The position numbers were made by a program, and so were the translations under genes. A stretch of 64,000 nt of DNA from Macrostomum lignano (lineage: Eukaryota): the NCBI GenBank assembly GCA_002269645.1, contig NIVC01000608.1:363709-427708 (forward strand). The letters are read 5' to 3'. The notes below the pieces were generated by a model. The model had not been told where the DNA came from. It saw only the letters and a program-made list of their open reading frames with translations, and did no database searches. Position 1 is the stretch's first letter; every line of letters begins with the position of its first letter. This document shows positions 1-10,298 of the stretch, piece after piece.

Positions 1-748
1 CTCAGAGTGAGATAGAGAAGCCTCAGAGTAAGACGCTGAGTTTCAGAGCGAGAGGCTGGGTCTCAGAGCGAGACAGTGAATCTGAGATGAGGGTGAGTCT
101 CAGAGTAAGGGCGACACCTAATGATGCTTTATGAGTGAATAGGTGAGTGAAGTGGCCATAAGAGTAGCCAGGAGTAGATAAAAATTGCATACCATGCCGC
201 AGAAGTTAACTGGCAACAGTAAGGCAGTGTTAGAAATCATTGCAACCAAAATGTGATTAAAAAAATCTAATACGCTTATTATTCAAAGCCTCTTGTTGGT
301 TTTGTTGAGCAGTGGGCGCACAATGGATCGTACATTGCGATTTGAAGTACTTTATGAAAAAGAAAGTTCTCTCAAAATAGCCATAGCTTTTAGGCGCTTT
401 CTGTTGAATAAAATTAATGAAAAAACAAGTAAACATTTTTGTTTTAAACGTACCGTAAAATATAATGACAATACAAAGGAAGCACGGCAGACCCTTTTAT
501 TGGGTTTCACACTAAACTGAAAATGTTATTCACACTCGTATCTTTTGCACCAATCGATATTTACTACTGATATCTACTACTGTTAGTAGTGAAAAATATA
601 ATGGAGAACTACATTTTTAATAATTATTCGTGAAAGGTCCGAGCAAAAAAGCACTCGATAGTTCCGGGCTAAGAAACGAAAGAAAGCGCGCGAAAATGAT
701 GACGATTGCAACTTTGTGGGCGGCGGGCGAAACGAAATCAAATGGAGC

Positions 749-2673
749 TTATCGATTTGCACCGCTGGCCACTAGCCAACTGGCCAATTTCAACAGCAGG
801 TAAGTTCCCAAAGCCGAGTACAGCGCCATCTCCAGTTGACGCCGCTTCCGGCTCTCGGACTCCAGCGCTTCAACGCGACGCTGCAGTTTGGCCAGCTTGG
901 AGGCCGCCAGAGCTGTCGGCGCCACTGTTGCGTCATCGTCCAACTCGTAGATGCTGTTGCTGGGCGGCGAGGCCGGACGCTGCCGGCTGCTCAGCCTGCG
1001 GCGCTTCTTCTTGCCTGCGGCCATTCTTTAGATGGCGATGGATTGATTATTAAAATGGGGATGGGGCGATTTTTGAGATGGGGATGGGGCACTTCTTGAG
1101 GAGGGGATGGAGCCATTCTTGAGGAGGGGATGGGGCACTTCTTGAGGAGGGGATGGGGCACTTCTTGAGGAGGGGATGGGGCCATTCTTGAGATGGGGAT
1201 GGGGCCATTCTTGAGATGGGTGTGGGGCGATTCTTGAGATTAGGATGGGGCCATTCTTGAGGATGGGTGGGGCCATTCTTGAGATTGGGATGGGGCACTT
1301 CTTGAGGAGGGGATGGGGCACTTCTTGAGGAGGGGATGGGGCACTTCTTGAGGAGGGATGAGGCCATTCTTGAGATGGGGATGGGGCACTTCTTGAGATG
1401 GGGATGGGGCCATTCTTGAGGAGGGGATGGGGCACTTCTTGAGGAGGGGATGGGGCCATTCTTGAGGAGGGGATGGGGCACTTCTTGAGGAGGGGATGGG
1501 GCACTTCTTGAGGAGGGGATGGGGCACTTCTTGAGGAGGGATGAGGCCATTCTTGAGGAGGGATGAGGCCATTCTTGAGATGGGGATGGGGCCATTCTTG
1601 AGGAGGGGATGGGGCCATTCTTGAGGAGGGGATGGGGCCATTCTTGAGGAGGGGATGGGGAACTTCTTGAGGAGGGGATGGGCACTTCTTGAGGAGGGGA
1701 TGGGGCACTTCTTGAGGAGGGGATGGGGCACTTCTTGAGGAGGGGATGGGGCACTTCTTGAGGAGGGATGAGGCCATTCTTGAGATGGGGATGGGGCACT
1801 TCTTGAGATGGGGATGGGGCCATTCTTGAGGAGGGGATGGGGCCATTCTTGAGGAGGGGATGGGGCCATTCTTGAGGAGGGGATGGGCCATTCTTGAGGA
1901 GGGGATGGGGCCATTCTTGAGATGGGGATGAGGCCATTCTTGAGATGGGTGTGGGGCGATTCTTGAGATGGGTGTGGGGCGATTCTTGAGATGGGTGTGG
2001 GCGATTCTTGAGATTGGGATGGGGCCATTCTTGAGATGGGGATGGGGCCATTCTTGAGATGGGGATGGGGCCATTCTTGAGATGGGGATGGGGCCATTCT
2101 TGAGATGGGGATGGGGCCATTCTTGAGATGGGTGTGGGGCGATTATTGAGATGGGTGTGAGGCGATTATTGAGATGGGTGTGGGGCGATTATTGAGATGG
2201 GGGTGGGGCGATTCTATTTATCTTGGAAAAAAACCCATAAGAGGTTTAAATTCAGCAGGCAGTCAATTAGCAATCATGCGAGCATTGAACTCACAAGCTG
2301 CTCTCATCGGAGGCTGGGAAGTCCGGATACCGCACCTTGTCCAGAGTGATGGTGGCTGGCGGTGTATCAATAGTCAGAGCCGGGTCCGCAAGCTTAGCCC
2401 CGCCGCCCGCGTCAGCCCTGGCGTCGCTATAGTAACTACGATAAGTATTGTTAAAATCGTCGGCTGGCGCGGGTTCAAAAGTAGCTAGCAGTCGATCCGG
2501 CACGCTCATCAAATCGAGAGCGCCGAGAAACGCGGCTGTTGCTGTGCGGCACGGCTGAAGCCGCCATCAGTGTCAGTGTGGAGGGCTTCATAATCCCTGT
2601 CTGCCATTGGGCCCAGCCTATCTGGTATGCGCATTTGGCGACTGATGTCTTCGGTAAATTGTCCGCTGTCCAT
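749..2673 (-). CDS. MFF: Mitochondrial fission factor-like (MFF/Tango11), 2 exons, with an apparent frameshift in exon 1
   Basis: Exon 1 2673..2295 reads MDSGQFTEDISRQMRIPDRL (MFF repeat R1), then in another frame MSVPDRLL...LTIDTPPATITL (R2 and the TPP motif). Donor is TT|GTGAGT at 2294. Acceptor is ctaaag|A at 1026, and TT+A restores frame into 1024..749: coiled coil KLQRRVEALESE plus a C-terminal TM segment (EMALYSALGTYLLLKLASWL), as in MFF. The R1 frame stops at TGA 2511-2509. Confidence 0.78.
1040..2215. repeat. Intronic minisatellite, ~23-bp unit GGGGCCATTCTTGAGATGGGGAT, ~50 copies
   Basis: Directly visible. It fills most of the MFF intron (1026..2294) and explains the repetitive ORFs 1028..2120. 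Confidence 0.97.
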
Positions 2674-5600
2674 GGGCCACCAGCTGTGAGAAGAATTTGC
2701 ATTATTATATGTAAATTTTAGGTTGCATCTTATTAACCATCTTCCAAACTTAGCACACTGTTAATCATAAAAGTCCAAGAGAGGTCCAAAAAATTGCACT
2801 CTTTGGACTTGCAATTGCAAAAAGGTCCATTTTACAAAAAAGAATGATATGCTAATTTAGTATTTTTTGCTTTTCTAAAACTATGAACAACAAAACAAAT
2901 TCACTGTAGAAACTTTTGCAGCAGCCACTTTTTATAATCTTTAAGGCAAGAGAAATGCTACTTGGCATTATAAAAATATTGCATTGTGAGATAGTAATCA
3001 GTAGTTTGTTGTTATACATGTTTAAAATGCTCTGAAAGACATTCAGACAACATGATAACTTATATTTTAGTCTATTTTGCATTCAACTTGCAACATGTAC
3101 CTATGGGGTTCTATTAAAGCTATGCCAGTAATTTAGCAGTTTTGTTGACTTTGTTTTGCAGTGCTATTTATATAATTGTTTATATAATGGTTAAAAATAT
3201 GAAAATAATCCTAAAATTGCTAAATATCTAAATAGCTAAATGATGCCAGCAATAACTCTACATAGCCTAGATAAACTATAAAGCATAGTAAAGAACATTA
3301 ATAGCATAGTAAACAAATTACTAACCTTATTTTCAAAATCATATCAACTTTAATTTTTATACTACATGGTTTGGTTTTTGTCACATTTGCCAATAAGGAA
3401 TTTTTAAGTTACTAAAAAATTATTAACTATTTAGTGATCATTTGAATATATATTTTATTTCCTGCTTCTTTTTTTAAATAAACCATTTTTAGTCACTACA
3501 TAAACCCCAAGAATCATCTTTTGTTTTCCTTAGAATTGCTTTTAAATATCCCTCAAAATCACCCAACACCCTTAAACATTCCTTAGAATTTCCCCTAAAT
3601 ATTCCTTAGAATCACGTTTAAATATTTTTCAGAATAGAATCAATCCCATTAAAAAATCTCCTTAGGTCCTTACATTAAGTAACTTAACCTCCTATTTTAT
3701 TTCTTATACCCTAGTGGTTGGCTTTAAACTAAATATAATTAGGACTTGGGTTAAAGCTAAGGGCCTATATAAAAATGAAGTTTCAATTTGAAATTAGCAC
3801 TATCAAAAACCTTTATAGAGACAACCATTTACTTACTCTTATATTTTATTATTTATATTAAGTTTGCTAGGTAGATTTAGACTGTCTTAAATTCAAAGTA
3901 GTTTGATATCTTTATCTTATCATTTACTTTTTTAAAAATCAATCATTTATAAATAAAAATATCTATAAACTTACTTTTAATATATGGGAATTACTTGTCT
4001 AGAGACAATATATTTACCAATACAATATATTTATATACACTATTATTCTATAGGCTGGATCATGCTAGGTGCATGCCTAAACAAAAACTTATAATTTGTA
4101 ACAATTTGGTATTATAAATATACCAAAAAAATTAAATGCATGTCTATATTCTCAAATCTAGGCTAGTGTTACAATAATAATTGACCTTTTTTCACTTTCA
4201 ACAATTCAAAAATAAATAACCTTTTTTGAATTGTGTAACCATAAAGGACCCTTTTTGGCTAATAATTCAGTTGATTATTTAACTTTCTTTCTTGTCTATA
4301 TAGTATTATTTATACCACACTTAGAGACACAACCACCATTTCTATAAGTTTTTGGATTATAGACATGGCCATCATGTTTCTAATAGTGCTTAAGTCTATA
4401 CTTATAGACATGGCTAGGCTACTATATCTATATTAGAACTTATAGACATAGCAAATCAGTGACTGTGTCCATACAATAAAAAATGCATCTTATACTAGAG
4501 ACAGCAGCCATGTCTACAATACCTACACATTTATTGCCATAATTTATAGCAACAGTAGTTACCATGTATGCTTAACATTAGGGCCTATAGACATTGCAGC
4601 TATGCTTATATGCTCCAACATTATAGAACTAGCCACTGTGTCTAAAAGTATTCCATATTATTTACAATGCAAAAAAATCAATATGTAAAAACATTTTTTA
4701 AGTTTTTTATTATAAACTTAAAACTGGAAAGCTTAAATTGAAATTTATTTTTAAAAATAAACTTTTCAATCTTTTTCCACTTAACACTAGGCCCCAACTT
4801 TTTTGCCTGATTGTATACATTGCATGCTAGGCTTCTAGGTATGCATGCAAATTATTTTCCTACAAATCATGCATGCCAAGTGTGTATACCTAACTTTTGG
4901 CCTGCAAAGCCAATGCATACCTAAATTTTCAGGTGTATGTTACATGATCCAGACTGTGGTTATTATTATTAGTCTGAAAAGTTAATTATTATATGATAAT
5001 TAAAATTAATCATTTAAAAGTTATTAGGCCTATTTTTATTATTTAATATATAGAAGGCCTCTTTTATTCTTTATTTGTATGTGAAAATCTAAATTTCTAT
5101 GCCATTTTAAAATTTGTGTGTTCTAAGAAAAACAATTTAATTTTCTGTTTGAATATGAACAGTACTAACTTAAAATGACAAAAAACGATAATAATAGTAT
5201 GACATGGAAACCTTTGTAGCATTTATAAAAGCATGAAATTGAAATTGTGCCAAGGCGTGTAAGAAAGTGAAGCAACAACTGTCTTTTAGCAATTGTCTAT
5301 GGTTAAAACTGCAAGGATATCACTAGAAAACTAGAAGGGGGTATAAAAAATAATTTATAAGTCTTCTTAAGTTTTTAGTCAGCTTGCTAAAAAACATACA
5401 ATTATATTCAATGACATAGATGGTTGCCCTGCAGCACCTACATTTATGGTACCCCCTAGGCAAGTGCGTCTTGCACTAGAGCTATGCCACTATTATGACA
5501 ACACCTTGAGACATTATCAACTAAATGGCAACATACCATGTATCTTATTGAAAACTAATGGTGTCATGCTTGACATGCGGTAGAGGTGGCGCTGGCAATA

Positions 5601-6506
5601 TAATGGCAACACAAATGCCATTGCAATGGCATATAGGCCCTAGGTAAGGTGACCAATTTTTGGATAGACTGGCATGGGCATGCACCAGCTGCTATACTCC
5701 CAAAGATGCTGTTTTGTGAGGAAAATTCTCGCATGCGATGCAACAAGGTCCCAGGCAGCTATATACAGCGTGCACAGCATGCAGCCAAGAGGCGGAAATT
5801 ATTTTGGCATGCGCTGCGCAAATATTTTATTCACTCCACATTTTTGGTAACGACAAATTTTTTATTTTAAATTGAATGTCTCACGATAATAACACAATGT
5901 GCATAATGAGAGATCTTTTTGTGTATCTGCAATAAGGAAAACAATTTTTGTGTGATGCAAAACAATTTTCAGGCATTATAAAACAGTATATAATAAATAC
6001 AAACTAAAGTATTTTGTAAGTATTTTTTTCGTTTTTATTTGAAAGTGTGTCTTGCATTAATTATTCAATGCAAAGCTTACTGCTTATGTAAATAGATCGG
6101 TAGATCTAGATCCCTTGCTGCCACTCACCTGTCCTAGTTTACTATGGTCAAATGGATAGTTTTTTTCTTTATTTGAATTTTAAATCTCTTGTTAAAAATT
6201 TAAATCAAAAAAATCTAAAATTTAAATTTAAAAAGTCATTTAGCTCGGCATGCATGGGGTGTATATGTGATTTGACCTCCGCGTGCAGCGTGCAAGGGCA
6301 AAAATTATTTTCGCGTGCATTAAGCATACTCGGGACTATGGACCAGCTTTCATGCCCAGGTGTCAATTCAGAAAGGCTATTTTTTAAGCTAGTCATCTTA
6401 TGCTGCAGTAGCAGCTAAGATACTTTGAAGCTAGTATCTCATTTGGTAGTTGGCTATAGTCATAGAAGCAAAGTAAGATGAGTGTTAACAACAATGCAAC
6501 ATTGGT

Positions 6507-6804
6507 CATAATGCTATTGTCAACTGGCAAAACTTCATCAGGGACATCTGTTCTCAGTACCTAATTGACCATCCAGTGGAACTAGGTGGTCCTGGTAAAG
6601 ATGTAGAGATAGACAAATCCTACTTCTTTCACCAAAAGTACTACCAAGGTGCCCACTGGCCTGGACAGTGGGTATTTGGCATGGTTGAACGTGGTACCAG
6701 GAAGTGTGTGATGATTGCTGTTCCTAGGCCCTAACCACACCGCTGCAATGCTGCTACCTTTGATTCAATGCCATGTTCTTCCTGGTACACATGTGATTAC
6801 TGAG
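6507..6804 (+). mobile_element. Merlin/IS1016-like (ISXO2/IS1595-type DDE) transposase relic
   Basis: Manual translation gives HNAIVNWQNFIRDICSQYLIDHPVELGGPGKDVEIDKSYFFHQKYYQGAHWPGQWVFGMVERGTRKCVMIAVP, then after a stop/frameshift near 6731 NHTAAMLLPLIQCHVLPGTHVITE. This matches the family motifs GGPG.VEIDE, WVFG..ER and LLP.I...V.PGT.I.SD. Confidence 0.8.
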
Positions 6805-7667
6805 ATATACATAGCCTCATAGGCCTAATAAAGGCAATCAAGAAAAAAGTCTGGCATTAAACAAATGATATAGGTTATGATATAGGTTAAACAAATGGTC
6901 TGGCAGAAATATAGGTATATGACGTAGCGAGTTCGATCGAGATGTGATTACCGACTAGTTATTTATTTAATTATTTAATTATATTATTAGTAAAGAGACA
7001 AAACGCCAAGAAACTAACTCCGCTGTAGAAACAAAGTAGTAGTAGTAGTAAGAGAATTTGGCTCAGGCAATTAGCCTGTTTGGCCAATATATTATGGAGC
7101 TATGTATTTGGAAAAATTTTCGAAATAGAAGTTTATAAAGACGATTTGACGACGATTTGCCGCTCGAGTTAATAAAGTAGTAAGAGAATTTGGCTCAGGC
7201 AATTAGCCTGTTTGGCCAATATATTATAGAGCTATGTATTTGGAATTTTCGAATATAGAAGTTTATAAAGACGATTTGACGACGATTTGCTGAGTTATTG
7301 TAAAAGATAAAGTATTTGAAAGCGCGCCAGAATTTTTACGGTATTTTTAGACGAAAAGTGACGACTAACAACTAACAACGAGTATAAATATTAATACAAA
7401 AATGAGTACAAATTACGAGGTATAGCTTTAATTGCGAGATTACTTTGGTAAGCGAGTTTGTAAAAAAAAAAAGATGTAGTATTTTTGAAAGCGCGTGATA
7501 TTTCAAAGCGTGAAAAACGAACATAAACAATACTTCGAAAGAATTTTACTTTTAACGAATAACGACGATTTAAATATAGGAAATTAAAAAAGACAGTAAA
7601 TGAATAAACAACTGAAAAGCGGATTTGTTACACTGCTGATGTATCTGATTCAGTTTGTTTAACTGTT

Positions 7668-9242
7668 TTAGCTATTCATGACTTCATATATTTTAGCTAC
7701 ACCAGTGAGCTCTTTTCTGACTCTTTTTTCATTTGTAGCATATCCTATCCAAGGACTTCTAGACTAACAGGACGTAAAACTCAAAGATCGTGCAATTTTT
7801 TAGAGGCCACGATTTCCTGGAAAAAATACACTGCGAAGATAGGAAAAAATCAGTTTTTCGTCACAAAATCTGTGATTGTATTTGATCTGGGGCAGTGAAG
7901 ACTACCATTCTTTTAATTTAACATGCACAATATGTTACTCTATTATATTTTCATATAGCTGTGTAGTGAAGTTTTCATTTTCATGTTGTTTTCACTTTGT
8001 TTCATGGGCCCAAAGTTGCAAGCTCACAAGTGGCATTAGCCAAACTTTTTGTGTTGTTCTTTTTAAAATAAAGTATAAAAACATTGCATGTAGGTACTCT
8101 TAGTCTTAAGCTATTATTGTAGGTTTAGTAACTATACTAATTCCTAGGCCTACTAGAACTAGTCCTATCACTACACTATCTAGCCTAATAAGTAATTAAA
8201 TTTAGACAATGACTTAAAGATTAGTATATTTAGATTTTTTTATTATATATAGATTACCAATACATAGTTTCATATGGTTGGTTACCTAGGCTTGAGAAAG
8301 CTGTATTATCAGTTTTTAAGCCAAGCCTATATTTAGGACTAAGATTTAAGAAGAATAGACTTAATCACAAAAATAGGCCCTAACCATTTTTACTAGGTAT
8401 CTATAAGAAAAAACATTGATTAGTTCTTTTATAATTTTTATTTTAAAGGCTAAAAATATTATTATATTACAAATTTGAATAGCTTTTCTTTTCTTGAATT
8501 TGATATTTGGCTAATGCCACTTGTGAGTTTGCAACTTTGGGCTTATGAAATAAAGTGAAAACAATATGAAAATGAAAACTTTACTACACAGCTATATGAA
8601 AATATAATAGAGTAACATATCGTGCATGTTAAATTAAAAGAATGGTAGTCTTCACTGCCCCAGATCAAATACAATCACAGATTTTGTGACGAAAAACTGA
8701 TTTTTTCCTATCTTCGCAGTGTATTTTTTCCAGGAAATCGTGGCCTCCAAAAAATTGCACGATCTTTGAGTTTTACGTCCTGTTAGTCTAGAAGTCCTTG
8801 ATCCTATCTTGTGTATTTGATTGCTATTTAAGAGGTATTGACAGAAGTATTTTTTCCTGATCTCTTCAGTTTGTGGACATTCGGTCAAGTAGTGTAGAAT
8901 GTCAGAACCATTTCGCGCTCCACACATTTTACATGGTTCTTGAGAAAAAAAGTTGGGTGTAATCTCGCATTTCAGTTTTAGGAGGGTTGTTAAGAATTTT
9001 TTGTTTCTAAATGTACATGGAAAGAAATCTGAAAGGTCGGGCCTGTAGATTTTTTTGTAGAGATAGGCGTTTTTGTAGAGTTTAATATGTTGCTGATTCT
9101 CTAGCTTTTGGCTAAGTTCTCTTTCTCTGTGTATCTTGAGGTGCTTTTTCACTAGGTATTTCTCGTTATTAAAGCTTTGGGAAAGTTTATCTTCAGTTAG
9201 TGCTTTTAGGTCTATACTTTCTAGTTTCTTTAGTACATTCAT
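7668..9242 (-). mobile_element. Non-LTR retrotransposon (LINE) ORF2 C-terminal fragment, interrupted by a DNA transposon
   Basis: ORF 8652..9242 contains a CCHC knuckle (CKMCGARNGSDILHYLTECP) typical of LINE ORF2 C-termini. Removing 7750..8800 plus one TSD keeps the frame open for 24 more codons (YATNEKRVRKELTGVAKIYEVMNS) to TAA at 7670-7668. Confidence 0.6.
7750..8800. mobile_element. Non-autonomous hAT-like foldback DNA transposon (295-bp TIRs, 8-bp TSD)
   Basis: 7750..8044 and 8506..8800 are inverted copies with 8 mismatches by hand alignment. Termini are CAAGGACTTCTAGA...TCTAGAAGTCCTTG. The direct repeat ATCCTATC lies at 7742..7749 and 8801..8808. The AT-rich spacer has no ORF. Confidence 0.88.
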
Positions 9243-9945
9243 TTTCCATGGATTTTTTTGGCCGGTGTTTGAGTAGAAAATTTCTAGAGTTATTGAAAAA
9301 GATAAAGTATTTGAAAGCGCGCCAGAATTTTTACGGTATTTTTGGACGAAAAGTGACGACTAACAACTAACAACGAGTATAAATATTAATACAAAAATGA
9401 GTACAAATTACGAGGTATAGCTTTAATTGCGAGATTACTTTGGTAAGCAAAATGAGAGCGAGGCGACAATTTAAATTGGCGGGAAATTCTGGTTGACTTA
9501 TCAAAAAACCTAAGATGACTTATCAAAAAAGTAATAATGCTTTTTTTGAACTTTTTTGAACTTTAATCGAAAAAAACTTTTGATAGAACCTAAAAATTTA
9601 CGATGCTAACGACATCGTTACAGGTAGGCAAACATCTATTAAATAAAGCTAAACCCTAGTCAAGCCCTAGGTAGGCCAAGGCCATACTCATGACAAATGT
9701 GAAAATTTTGGATATTTTGATTATGAAGTATAGACTAAGCCTATATAGCCTAATATAAGTTTACAAGGCAGTAGGAGGCAAAAATGCACAAAAATCAGTT
9801 ATATTGTACTCCCAGACTTAGACTCACTTAGCTAATTATAACCATGTATAGCTAAGCTACAAAGTAAAAACAAAAGCTGATGCAGCACAACGGTTGTAAG
9901 TATGTGCAAAAAATGATACGTGCATACTAACTAATTACTAAAAGG

Positions 9946-9964
9946 CAAGGACCTTAGGTCCTTG
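9946..9964. mobile_element. 19-bp ends-only remnant of a CAAGGAC-type element
   Basis: CAAGGACCT-T-AGGTCCTTG is a perfect hairpin flanked by CTAAAAGG / CTAAAGGG (7/8 identical, TSD-like). Confidence 0.55.
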
Positions 9965-10298
9965 CTAAAGGGTTACAAAAGTGTAGTTTCAAAGCTCCGG
10001 GCTTTATTTTAATTGTTTTAACAATTTTAACCGAAGAAAGTTATAGAAAATCCTAAATTACTCAGATTCGTACCGCGGTTATAAATTTCTTAAATCTTTC
10101 TTGAATATATTTTTATTGTTTTAATATTTTTCACGGAAACAAAATTTGGCAAAATTCGATTTAATAATGCGCGGATAGAAATTTCAGCATGCATCTCGTA
10201 GTGCGAATTGCTTCTCTTTTTTCTGCTATTTAAATTGCGTACAATAGCTTAGTTAAAAAATCTACTAAAACTTTCAATCACAATATATTTCTAATACA

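Larger units (their letters stand above)
7292..9448 (+). repeat. Pair of ~162-bp direct repeats (7292..7453 and 9287..9448) bracketing a TE nest
   Basis: GAGTTATTG(T/A)AAAAGATAAAGTATTTGAAAGCGCGCCAG...TACTTTGGTAAGC is present twice, nearly identical. A separate ~115-bp tandem duplication lies at 7046..7290. Confidence 0.9.

Noticed and set aside
1028-2120. Three overlapping 285-356-aa Pro/His-rich ORFs
   Set aside because: They are translations of the 23-bp intronic array, which happens to lack stops on that strand. The real MFF frame splices across it.
8652-8800. C-terminal 50 aa of the LINE-like ORF (SRTSRLTGRK...FDLGQ)
   Set aside because: This part lies inside the TIR of the inserted DNA transposon. 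The genuine LINE tail is at 7741..7668.
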